A stretch of 64,000 nt of DNA from Asterias rubens (taxonomy: Eukaryota), in contig NC_047069.1 of assembly GCF_902459465.1 (NCBI RefSeq), positions 11,718,001 through 11,782,000 on the forward strand. The letters run 5' to 3'. How positions within the stretch are numbered: position 1 is the stretch's first letter; each line of letters opens with the position of its first letter. Of the stretch, positions 51,825-63,023 are shown piece by piece. The position numbers were made by a program, and so were the translations under genes. The notes beneath the pieces were generated by a model. It was not told where the DNA came from and did not search any database. It saw only the letters and a list, made by a program, of their open reading frames with translations.

Positions 51825-52065
51825 CACGTTGAAAATAATTTTGATAAATTTTGTTTGCAAGAAAGCTAACCACGCACAAAAATACAAAAGAATACAAATA
51901 CTAGTTATGGGTCTACAAATTGAATGTGTTGTTTTTTTGTTTTTTTTGTTTTTTTCCCAACATCCAGACCTTTCACACATCCTAGATTAATTATCCCAAC
52001 GTAATGAGTTTTAGGAAAAGACAATGACTGACTTTTCGTTTCTCTCATAAGTCTCTATACAATTT

Positions 52066-52245
52066 GATTCTTAAGACCTTGCTATTGACTTGGAGTAGAC
52101 AGGGAAAACCAATGGACAATACTGGCTTATCTATCCACTTAAGCCTTCGATTTTTAAGACCTTGCTATTGACTTGAAGTAGGCAGGGAAAATACTGGCTT
52201 ATCTATCCTCTTATCAAACCTTCGATTCTTAAGACCTTGTTATTC
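52066..52245. repeat. 75-83-bp tandem repeat, ~2.3 copies
   Basis: gatt(c/t)ttaagaccttg(c/t)tatt starts at 52066, 52149 and 52224. Confidence 0.8.
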
Positions 52246-52682
52246 TAAAGTAGGTCTTTATCTACACAATGATAAGATTATCGTCACCCTCAACACACCT
52301 GATCCAATTAATTTCTAAGATCGCGGAATGTATTACACTTTGTACAGAAATTAATAACATGTTGCCCCCGTCATAGAAAATTTAAATTTTACACGCCTAT
52401 AATTATTACCAAAAGTGTATGAGGGTAATGAAAACTCGTAAATAAATAAGAACATATTACACTGTTTAAATATTTATTTTGCTCGCGGAAAATTCTTCTC
52501 ACAATTACTAAAAATCTTCGCAGGATCGTAATTTACATACGGGATAAGTATTTAAGGCCAGATTTTTGATAATCGTCATTCTGCAAATTTTGCGAACAAC
52601 CGAATACAACCATAGAAGCTAAAACCACATACAAGAAAAATGATTAAAACCATTCCTCCATGTTAAAACTATGAAAACAAAA

Positions 52683-52825
52683 TGAATGTTAAAAGCTCTG
52701 TCTTCATCATTCACATAAATGAAATCATGTCGCGGCTAAAGTCCATTCACAACAATCTTTGCAGCTGGGTATTTCTCTCGAGTGGATTTCAAAAGAGAGT
52801 CAAACTTGGGAATGAACAAGGCACT
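52683..52825 (-). pseudogene. SGNH/GDSL hydrolase-like fragment
   Basis: FIPKFDSLLKSTREKYPAAKIVVNGL*PRHD...RAFN fits the SGNH pattern L..LR.K.P.AKIVV.GLLPR......N; catalytic blocks not seen. Confidence 0.45.
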
Positions 52826-52902
52826 TAGCACGAAATAAAAATACTTTTTTTTTTTTACATACAAAACAACCAGTAATATTATAGAAGAGACGGTTAAAAA
52901 CC

Positions 52903-53513
52903 AAATGCTTCGGCAACCCATACTTCCTGGCGAAATTCCTGGCTAACTCCCTCCGTTCAGCCTCTTCTCTCCTACGTTCAGCCTCTTCTCTCCTACGTGT
53001 AGCCCCTTCTCGGTGTGCTTTGCGCCTTGCAGCTGCTTGTCTTGAGGCGGGGTATCTAGGTTGGGATCTTGCATGTTCTGCTAAGGCACGTACGTACTTT
53101 AACCAACCTGATTTAGAGCCTGGCGAAGGGTCGAGGGCGCTGCGAATCTGCCTCCTTTTTTCGAAACCCTTTGGCAAACTTTCCAGGTAGTTGAAGTAAG
53201 CAGTGTTGGAAACAAACGCTGCCTGGACCATTGCCGACTCGATGGTTATGTAGTCGACGTCTTCTTCGTACTCCCTGGTCTTGATGGCAAACGAGATCCT
53301 ATGTAGTTAATTGCAGCGTTGACATTGCCCTTCTAGCAATGCTACATGATTGGTTTTGTCGGCGATACTAAAATTAAAACTGTTGTATGCAAATACCATC
53401 CAGCTCGTGCAGTTACCGTCAGCATCCATCGTTGCATCGTTTACTTTGGAAACAAACGCTGTCTGGACCATTGCCGACTCGATGGTTATGTAGTCGACGT
53501 CTTCTTCGTACTC
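52903..53513 (-). pseudogene. Orphan ORF X, copy 1 (basic C-terminus with REEAERR repeats), fused to a PolB fragment
   Basis: EYEEDVDYITIESAMVQ...LPKGFEKRRQI...RRREEAERRREEAERRELARNFARKYGLPKH; TAA at 53307-53309 where copy 2 has GAA; a 68-bp piece is duplicated at 240-bp offset. Confidence 0.55.
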
Positions 53514-55768
53514 GCTGGGATTATAACCAGTGGGGGGAAGCACTGCTATTGTGTCCTTTGCAAGAAAATTCCTGCGAAAGACGAGGTTACATGCAGATGC
53601 TATCGTGATCGTTTTCCGGAAAGGATCAACACCCCGATCATTAGTGTCAACTGCAAAAGTGTGCATGAACATCTCACGAAATAGTACGCAACAGCGTTTC
53701 AATACATTCACGTCACTAATACAATAAGTTAACAGTTCTTCTTGTAAATCAAAGACTCTGTTTTCACTTTTTTGTATGGCATACCACGCGTGAAATTCTT
53801 TTCTTCGTCCCTCTGACATTGAATCTGGGTCATAATATGAGACATCCGGTATAGGACCTACATATTTCTGATTATCCCTCGTGTTGAAGAAATGAGGAAA
53901 AAAAACCTTTTTCAATTCAGTTAACCCAAATATTGAGGGCAACTTTGACAGAGCCATGGGTAAAAAACTCATCGAGTCTATTATCCTGCGCTTGTACTGA
54001 GGTACATCAATGCACAGGACTTTACCCCGGTGTATATTACAGATGGAACACACGCATTCTTAAACAGAAATTCAAGAAGAAAATATGAGTCGTACCCTTT
54101 TGCATTATGTGCAATTGCTATGGAGTTGTCAGTTTCCTTGGATTGAAACAACCATGCACAGAAGCTACTCTGTGTTTTGTCCTTCTGGAAAATTTTCATA
54201 GAAACACAATGTTCGCATTTATATCCAGCAGGTTGACCCGCACACAATTCACACACCACATCGGCTACACATAAATTAGGTACATGAGTCCCGCCAACCT
54301 GAGTACATTCAAAATCAAAAAATATATACCTGAGTGGTGTTTTAGATTTCTTTTTCTTGCTTGAATTTAGGGCTTGAGCCCTCTCATCAGTATCATCCAT
54401 TTCATCGCGCATAAACATATGCTGTTGAGAAACTGCAGGAACATACAAAGTCTCGGTATGCGAATTTCTTGGTTTTTTTCTGTCAATGACTTTTATATAA
54501 CATTGGTGCTCAAATCCAACCATTTCCTTACAGGTGTTGCAATATTTTTTGATGCATGAATGTTTTCCTTGTTTAACTGACATGGCGACACTTAAATACG
54601 CGTTACAAGTTTTACATATATAATACAACTGACACACAGTTTTATTGCCTACGTGTCTACTCTTATGATTAGCAAAACAGACAGGATTTTTAAAATTTCT
54701 ATTACAAGTTTCACACTTTATCCACTTATTATTGTTAGCGTCTCCACAACCTTCAGAAAAACATACTGTACATGAAATATTACACACATGAGTGGGGACT
54801 GTCCCATTATACCCTTTATGACATGTGTCGCAGAAGTTGCTGCGATAAAGGAATCCCGACATTGATCTTATGACATCATAATGCCCTCTAGCTAAATGAA
54901 GGTAAATTGTCCGTGGTTTTTCGGGACCCTTAAATATTGTAGAGCAGCAATGCTCTCTGGAAAGAACAACTAATCTATAGTTCCCCATGACATCTTGGAA
55001 TCGCTGTAGCTCTTCAATACCACCTAGCGTTCCTTCTACAATTCCAGCCCTTCTATGGAGAGCAGTAACCAACGGCTCAACATATTTTTTCCTATTTTTA
55101 GGATATACTTAATTACATTACCGGTCTTCTCCTGGAGAGCTTGTCCGATCGCGATGGCACGAGCAAGGCATGTGTTCCATCATCTTTAATTTTTACAATA
55201 CTATGTTTTGAAGCCAGCAATTGCTCTAACTGTAGGAGTCTAGAGGGAGTATTACTTTTGCCACCCTTTTGCAATATCATGTGTACAAAGTGTATAGTTA
55301 CGGTCTCGTCAAATCTAATAAACTGGTAGCTGTTTAGTACATTTTGTATTTTTTCGAACAAACGCTCAGCCGTTAAGTCTTCCATTCTCATAAATGGAAG
55401 AGAAACCGGAAACCATACGCACTCTGTCATCAGATGGAATGCCAAACCCAATTTTACTTATAATGCTTTGAATAATATTACCTAGAAGAGGTATAGCCTC
55501 ATTAAGATTTACATTTTCCATGTTTCTAAAAGTTATGTTATAGTCATAAGTATAAGCCTGAAAGTGTTTGTTCAATTTGTCATTAATCCTTACTAGTTTA
55601 TAGTACTCCGAGTACAAGTCCTCCTCTGGCTCTTTCTCCACTCGAAGCCTCTTGCTCGGTAACCCCTCGTCGTCGTCATCGGTCCACTCATTGCTCTCCT
55701 CCCATCCCCAGTCCGCATCGTAAATAGTGGTTTGATAGTTCAGCATGGTCTCCAGGTCAAAGTCAGAA
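53514..55768 (-). pseudogene. pPolB lineage A fragment 1 (N-terminus, TP region, vOTU, Cys-rich, ExoI-III), frameshifted
   Basis: YIFFDFEC (ExoI), AHNAKGYD (ExoII), KKxFFPHFFN, YCISDV (ExoIII), TIASAC; 23-bp, 4-bp and two 1-bp deletions. Confidence 0.9.
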
Positions 55769-55894
55769 ATGGCGGCACTTATACACACATTAAAAGTGTT
55801 ACACCTATAGTACAATTGACACACAGTGATATTCCCAGTTTGTCTATTCTTATGGTTTGCGAAACAAATAGGATCATTAAAAGTTCTATATTAA

Positions 55895-57605
55895 CTTAAA
55901 CAGAAATTCAAGAAGAAAACATGAGTCGTACCCTTTTGCATTATGTGCAATTGCTATGGAGTTGTCAGTTTCCTTGGATTGAAACAACCATGCACAGAAG
56001 CTACTCTGTGTTTTGTCCCCCTTGAACATTTTCATAGAAACACAATGTTCACATTTATATCCAGCAGGTTGACCCGCACACAATTCACACACCACATCGG
56101 CTACACATAAATTAGGTACATGAGTCCCGCCAACCTGAGTACATTCAAAATCAAAAAATATATACCTGAGTGGTGTTTTAGATTTCTTTCTTTTGCTTGA
56201 ATTTAGGGCTTGAGCCCTCTCATCAGTATCATCCATTTCATCGCGCGTAAACATATGCTGTTGAGAAACTGCAGGAACATTCAAAGTCTCGGTATGCGAA
56301 TTTCTTGGTTTTTTTCTGTCGATGACTTTTATGTAACATTGGTGCTCAAATCCAACCATTTCCTTATAGGTGTTGCAATATTTTTTGATGCATGAATGTT
56401 TTCCTTGTTTAACTGACATGGCGACACTTAAATACGCGATACAAGTTTTACATCTATAATACAACTGACACACAGTTTTATTGCCTGTGTGTCTACTCTT
56501 ATGATTAGCAAAACAGACAGGATTTTTAAAATTTCTATTACAAGTTTCACACTTTATCCACTTATTATTGTTAGCGTCTCCACAACCTTCAGAAAAACAT
56601 ACTTTACATGAAATATTACACACATGAGTGGGGACTGTCCCATTATACCCTTTATGACATGTGTCGCAGAAGTTGCTGCGATTAAGGAATCCCGACATTG
56701 ATCTTATGACATCATAATGCCCTCTAGCTAAATGAAGGTAAATTGTCCGTGGTTTTTCGGGACCCTTAAAAATTGTAGAGTAGCAATGCTCTCTGGAAAG
56801 AACAACTAATCTATAGTTCCCCATGACATCTTGGAATCGCTGTAGCTCTTCAATACCACCTAGCGTTCCTTCTACAATTCCAGCCCTTCTATGGAGAGCA
56901 GTAACCAACGCCTCAACATATTTTTTCCTATTTTTTAGGATATACTTAATTACATTACCGGTCTTCTCCTGGAGAGCTTGACCGATCGCGATGGCACGAG
57001 CAAGGCATGTGTTCCATCATCTTTAATTTTTACAATACTATGTTTTGAAGCCAGCAATTGCTCTAACTGTAGGAGTCTAGAGGGAGTATTACTTTTGCCA
57101 CCCTTTTGCAATATCATGTGTACAAAGTGTATAGTTACGGTCTCGTCAAATCTAATAAACTGGTAGCTGTTTAGTACATTTTGTATTTTTTCGAACAAAC
57201 GCTCAGCCGTTAAGTCTTCCATTCTCATAAATGGAAGAGAAACCGGAAACCATACGCACTCTGTCATCAGATGGAATGCCAAACCCAATTTTACTTATAA
57301 TGCTTTGAATAATATTACCTAGAAGAGGTATAGCCTCATTAAGATTTACATTTTCCATGTTTCTAAAAGTTATGTTATAGTCATAAGTATAAGCCTGAAA
57401 GTGTTTGTTCAATTTGTCATTAATCCTTACTAGTTTATAGTACTCCGAGTACAAGTCCTCCTCTGGCTCTTTCTCCACTCGAAGCCTCTTGCTCGGTAAC
57501 CCCTCGTCGTCGTCATCGGTCCACTCATTGCTCTCCTCCCATCCCCAGTCCGCATCGTAAATAGTGGTTTGATAGTTCAGCATGGTCTCCAGGTCAAAGT
57601 CAGAA
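55895..57605 (-). pseudogene. pPolB lineage A fragment 2 (ends after ExoII)
   Basis: 1,837-bp offset copy; carries the 23-bp and 4-bp deletions. Confidence 0.9.
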
Positions 57606-57722
57606 ATGGCGGCACTTATACACACATTAAAAGTGTTACACCTATAGTACAATTGACACACAGTGATATTCCCAGTTTGTCTATTCTTATGGTTTGCGAA
57701 ACAAATAGGATCATTAAAAGTT

Positions 57723-59117
57723 CTATATTAACTTAAACAGAAATTCAAGAAGAAAACATGAGTCGTACCCTTTTGCATTATGTGCAATTGCTATGGAGTT
57801 GTCAGTTTCCTTGGATTGAAACAACCATGCACAGAAGCTACTCTGTGTTTTGTCCCCCTTGAACATTTTCATAGAAACACAATGTTCACATTTATATCCA
57901 GCAGGTTGACCCGCACACAATTCACACACCACATCGGCTACACATAAATTAGGTACATGAGTCCCGCCAACCTGAGTACATTCAAAATCAAAAAATATAT
58001 ACCTGAGTGGTGTTTTAGATTTCTTTCTTTTGCTTGAATTTAGGGCTTGAGCCCTCTCATCAGTATCATCCATTTCATCGCGCGTAAACATATGCTGTTG
58101 AGAAACTGCAGGAACATTCAAAGTCTCGGTATGCGAATTTCTTGGTTTTTTTCTGTCGATGACTTTTATGTAACATTGGTGCTCAAATCCAACCATTTCC
58201 TTATAGGTGTTGCAATATTTTTTGATGCATGAATGTTTTCCTTGTTTAACTGACATGGCGACACTTAAATACGCGATACAAGTTTTACATCTATAATACA
58301 ACTGACACACAGTTTTATTGCCTATGTGTCTACTCTTATGATTAGCAAAACAGACAGGATTTTTAAAATTTCTATTACAAGTTTCACACTTTATCCACTT
58401 ATTATTGTTAGCGTCTCCACAACCTTCAGAAAAACATACTTTACATGAAATATTACACACATGAGTGGGGACTGTCCCATTATACCCTTTATGACATGTG
58501 TCGCAGAAGTTGCTGCGATTAAGGAATCCCGACATTGATCTTATGACATCATAATGCCCTCTAGCTAAATGAAGGTAAATTGTCCGTGGTTTTTCGGGAC
58601 CCTTAAAAATTGTAGAGTAGCAATGCTCTCTGGAAAGAACAACTAATCTATAGTTCCCCATGACATCTTGGAATCGCTGTAGCTCTTCAATACCACCTAG
58701 CGTTCCTTCTACAATTCCAGCCCTTCTATGGAGAGCAGTAACCAACGCCTCAACATATTTTTTCCTATTTTTTAGGATATACTTAATTACATTACCGGTC
58801 TTCTCCTGGAGAGCTTGACCGATCGCGATGGCACGAGCAAGGCATGTGTTCGTACCATCATCTTTAATTTTTACAATACTATGTTTTGAAGCCAGCAATT
58901 GCTCTAACTGTAGGAGTCTAGAGGGAGTATTACTTTTGCCACCCTTTTGCAATATCATGTGTACAAAGTGTATAGTTACGGTCTTGTCAAATCTAATAAA
59001 CAGGTAGCTGTTTAGTACATTTTGTATTTTTTCGAACAAACGCTCAGCCGTTAAGTCTTCCATTCTCATAAATGGAAGAGAAACCGGAAAACTTAAGATC
59101 GGTGAGTCGAAAACCAT
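57723..59117 (-). CDS. pPolB lineage A fragment 3: open 464-codon frame (TP C-terminal part, vOTU, Cys-rich module, ExoI/II)
   Basis: ATG at 59117; DDGTNTCLARAI (Cys codon 58842-58844) and LARGHYDVI (His codon 58554-58556) intact; stops just past the junction at 57732. Homology extends to 59314 across a 1-bp frameshift. Confidence 0.7.
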   Translation of the reverse strand: MVFDSPILSFPVSLPFMRMEDLTAERLFEKIQNVLNSYLFIRFDKTVTIHFVHMILQKGGKSNTPSRLLQLEQLLASKHSIVKIKDDGTNTCLARAIAIGQALQEKTGNVIKYILKNRKKYVEALVTALHRRAGIVEGTLGGIEELQRFQDVMGNYRLVVLSREHCYSTIFKGPEKPRTIYLHLARGHYDVIRSMSGFLNRSNFCDTCHKGYNGTVPTHVCNISCKVCFSEGCGDANNNKWIKCETCNRNFKNPVCFANHKSRHIGNKTVCQLYYRCKTCIAYLSVAMSVKQGKHSCIKKYCNTYKEMVGFEHQCYIKVIDRKKPRNSHTETLNVPAVSQQHMFTRDEMDDTDERAQALNSSKRKKSKTPLRYIFFDFECTQVGGTHVPNLCVADVVCELCAGQPAGYKCEHCVSMKMFKGDKTQSSFCAWLFQSKETDNSIAIAHNAKGYDSCFLLEFLFKLI

Positions 59118-59314
59118 ACGCACTCCGTCGTCAGATGGACTGCAAACCCAATTTTACTGAGAATGCTTTGGATAATATTACCTAGAAGAGGTATAGCCTC
59201 ATTAAGATTTACATTTTCCATGTTTCTAAGAGTTATGTTATAGTCATAAGTATAAGCCTGAAAGTGTTTGTTCAATTTGTCATTAATCCTTACTAGTTTG
59301 TAGTACTCCGAGTA

Positions 59315-59682
59315 GCGATGACACAGGGAGTTCTTCACCACTGTTCTGTTTCCATTTCTTGTTCTTGTTCTCCTGAGTCTGGATATGAGCAAAGAAAAAT
59401 AGAACACAATAAGAATAACAATATTTCATCGATAACATAAACACCAAAGCCAACAACCCATACAACTCAGCGGTTATGGAGGGACAAATATTAAAAATCC
59501 TCAAAAATAAACAAAATAATATTTACCTTGACATCCTTCACCGCTTCATTGATGGCTGGTATGTTCTCTACCAACGTCTCCCATTCTTCACGTTTTAAAT
59601 TGATGCCACGGGGACTACTCCATAACTCCTTACCTTTTACCGTTCTCATTGACATCAAATTATAATTTAAATCAGCAAACAT
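59315..59682 (-). pseudogene. PC4/Sub1-like gene, copy 2, with a GT-AG intron (59526-59379), truncated by a junction
   Basis: MSMRTVKGKELWSSPRGINLKREEWETLVENIPAINEAVKDVK|gtaaat...ttctttgctcatatccag|TQENKNKKWKQ in phase 0. Confidence 0.6.
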
Positions 59683-59693
59683 TTATAAAAGTA

Positions 59694-60050
59694 TTAAATA
59701 TCAAGAGATGTTGTGGAAACCCTATCACTTTGAACTTTTCGTTTTGGGTAGAGATGTGAACGCAGTCTTTGTCTGTTTATACGTGAACATTCCGTCTTCC
59801 CTCATGCGAAAACGTTGATTTACTACTAACACCCACTTTCTTTGACTTTAATACAAACTAAATATGTATAAATATGTATCCTTGTCAATCTGGTTTGTTC
59901 TTTTATTCAAACAGTTACAACTAATTTTGCTTTTGGCTCCAAAGCAATAGTAGGTTTTGCTTCAAAGGGCTACTATACCGTCCCCTTCCCACTCTACTTT
60001 AAAGAGACCCGGAGTTCTCTTATCGAAGGCGGGATGCTCAGCCGTAGTAG
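59694..60050 (-). pseudogene. pPolB lineage B C-terminal polymerase remnant
   Basis: EHPAFDKRTPGLFKVEWEGDGIVAL*SKTYYCFG...SCNCLNKRTN...FRMREDGMFTYKQTKTAFT / YPKRKVQSDRVSTTSLDI*: the KRTPGLFKxE, ALCSKTY and KRKVxxDGxSTxPL features of a Polinton PolB C-terminus, with stops and a frameshift. Confidence 0.8.
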
Positions 60051-60253
60051 TGTGTTGGATCTTAATGAGACAATCTATTGTTATATTATTCATAATGCAC
60101 AAATACAATAGGATTAAAGGCTTAAATTAGCATAACAAAGGATGGTACGAGTCTTAATGAGACAGTGTGTTAAACCTGTGTATAACAGACAATGATTAAA
60201 TCTCTCTTTTGAAAATGTGGTGGCTCTTAAAAGAGCCGGTTTTACATGCCTTA

Positions 60254-60672
60254 AAATGCTTCGGCAACCCATACTTCCTGGCAAAATTCCTGGCTAACTC
60301 CCTCCGTTCAGCCTCTTCTCTCCTACGTTCAGCCTCTTCTCTCCTACGTTTAGCCCCTTCTCGGCGTGCTTTGCGCCTTGCAGCTGCTTGTCTTGAGGCG
60401 GGGTATCTAGGTTGAGATCTTGCATGTTCTGCTAAGGCATGTACGTACTTTAACCAACCTGATTTAGAGCCTGGCGAAGGGTTGAGGGCACTGGGAATCT
60501 GCCTCCTTTTTTCGAAACCCTTTGGCAAACTCTCCAGGTAGTTGAAGGAAGCAGTGTTGGAAACAAAGGGTACCTGGACCATTGCCGACTCGATGGTTAT
60601 GTAGTCGACGTCTTCTTCGTACTCCCTGGTCTTGATGGCCAACGAGATCCTATGTAGTTCATTGCAGCGTTG
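60254..60672 (-). pseudogene. Orphan ORF X, copy 2
   Basis: 7,351-bp offset copy of 52903-53321. Confidence 0.55.
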
Positions 60673-62898
60673 TCCTTTGCAAGAAAATTCCTGCAGAAGA
60701 CAAGGTTACATGCAGATGCTATTGTGATTGTTTTCTGCAAAGGATCAACACCCCGATCATTAGCGTCAACTGCAGAAGTGTGCATGAACATCTCACGAAA
60801 TAGTACGCAACAGCGTTTCCATACATTCACGTCACTAATACAATAAGTTAACAGTTCTTCTTGTAAATCAAAGACTCTGTTTTCACTTTTTTGTATGGCA
60901 TACCACACGTGAAATTCTTTTCTTCGTCCCTCTGACATTGAATCTGGGTCATAATATGAGACATCCGGTATAGGACCTACATATTTCTGATTATCCCTCG
61001 TGTTGAAGAAATGAAGAAAGAAACCCTTTTTCAATTCAGTTAACCCAAATATTGAAGGCAACTTTGACAGAGCCATGGGTAAAAAACTCATCGAGTCTAT
61101 TATCCTGCGCTTGTACTGAGGTACATCAATGCACAGGACTTTAGCCCCAGTGTATATTACAGATGGAACACACGCATTCTTAAACAGAAATTCAAGAAGA
61201 AAATATGAGTTGTACCCTTTTGCATTATGTGCAATTGCTATGGAGTTGTCAGTTTCCATGGATTGAAACAACCATGCACAGAAGCTACTCTGTGTTTTGT
61301 CCCCCTTGAACATTTTCATAGAAACACAATGTTCGCATTATATCCAGCAGGTTGACCCGCACACAATTCACACACCACATCGGCTACACATAAATTAGGT
61401 ACATGAGTCCCGCCATCCTGCGTACATTCAAAATCAAAAATATATACCTGAGTGGTGTTTTAGATTTCTTTCTTTTGCTTGAATTTAGGGCTTGAGCCCT
61501 CTCATCAGTATCATCCATTTCATCGCGCATAAACATATGCTGTTGAGAAACTGCAGGAACAGTAAAAGTCTCGGTATGCGAATTTCTTGGTTTTTTTCTG
61601 TCAATGACTTTTATATAACATTGGTGCTCAAATCCAACCATTTCCTTACAGGTGTTGCAATATTTTTTGATGCATGAATGTTTTCCTTGTTTAACTGACA
61701 TGGTGATACTTATATACGCGTTACAAGTTTTACATCTATAATACAACTGACACACAGTTTTATTGCCTATGTGTCTACTCTTATGCTTAGCAAAACAGAC
61801 AGGATTACAAGTTTCACACTTTATCCACTTATTATTGTTAGCGTCTCCACAACCTTCAGAAAAACATACTTTACATGAAATATTACACACATGAGTGGGG
61901 ACTGTCCCATTATACCCTTTATGACATGTGTCGCAGAAGTTGCTGCGATTAAGGAATCCCGACATTGATCTTATGACATCATAATGCCCTCTAGCTAAAT
62001 GAAGGTAAATTGTCCGTGGTTTTTCGGGACCCTTACAAATTGTAGAGTAGCAATGCTCTCTGGAAAGAACAACTAATCTATAGTTCCCCATGACATCTTG
62101 GAATCGCTGTAGCTCTTCAATACCACCTAGCGTTCCTTCTACAATTCCAGCCCTTCTATGGAGAGCAGTAACCAACGGCTCAACATATTTTTTCCTATTT
62201 TTTAGGATATACTTAATTACATTACCAGTCTTCTCCTGGAGAGCTTGACCGATCGCGATGGCACGAGCAAGGCATGTGTTCGTACCATCATCTTTAATTT
62301 TTACAATACTATGTTTTGAAGCCAGCAATTGCTCTAACTGTAGGAGTCTAGAGGGAGTATTACTTTTGCCACCCTTTTGCAATATCATGTGTACAAAGTG
62401 TATAGTTACGGTCTCGTCAAATCTAATAAACAGGTAGCTGTTTAGTACATTTTGTATTTTTTCCAACAAACGCTCAGCCGTTAAGTCTTCCATTCTCATA
62501 AATGGAAGAGAAACCGGAAAACTTAAGATCGGTGAGTCGAAAACCATACGCACTCCGTCGTCAGATGGACTGCAAACCCAATTTTACTTATAATGCTTTG
62601 GATAATATTACCTAGAAGAGGTATAGCCTCATTAAGATTTACATTTTCCATGTTTCTAAAAATTATGTTATAGTCATAAGTATAAGCCTGAAAGTGTTTG
62701 TTCAATTTGTCATTAATCCTTACTAGTTTATAGTACTCCGAGTACAAGTTCTCCTCTGGCTCTTTCTCCACTCGAAGCCTCTTGCTCGGTAACCCCTCGT
62801 CGTCGTCATCGATCCACTCATTGCTCTCCTCCCATCCCCAGTCCGCATTGTAAATAGTGGTTTGATAGTTCAGCATGGTCTCCAGGTCAAAGTCAGAA
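60671..62898 (-). pseudogene. pPolB lineage A fragment 4 (N-terminus to ExoIII), frameshifted
   Basis: vOTU Cys/His intact; 15-bp in-frame deletion at ~61806; 1-bp deletions at ~61338, ~61440 and ~62570. Confidence 0.9.
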
Positions 62899-63023
62899 AT
62901 GGCGGCACTTATACACACATTAAAGTGTAACACCTATAGTACAATTGACACACAGTGATATTCCCAGTTTGTCTATTCTTATGGTTTGCGAAACAAATAG
63001 GATCATTAAAAGTTCTATATTAA

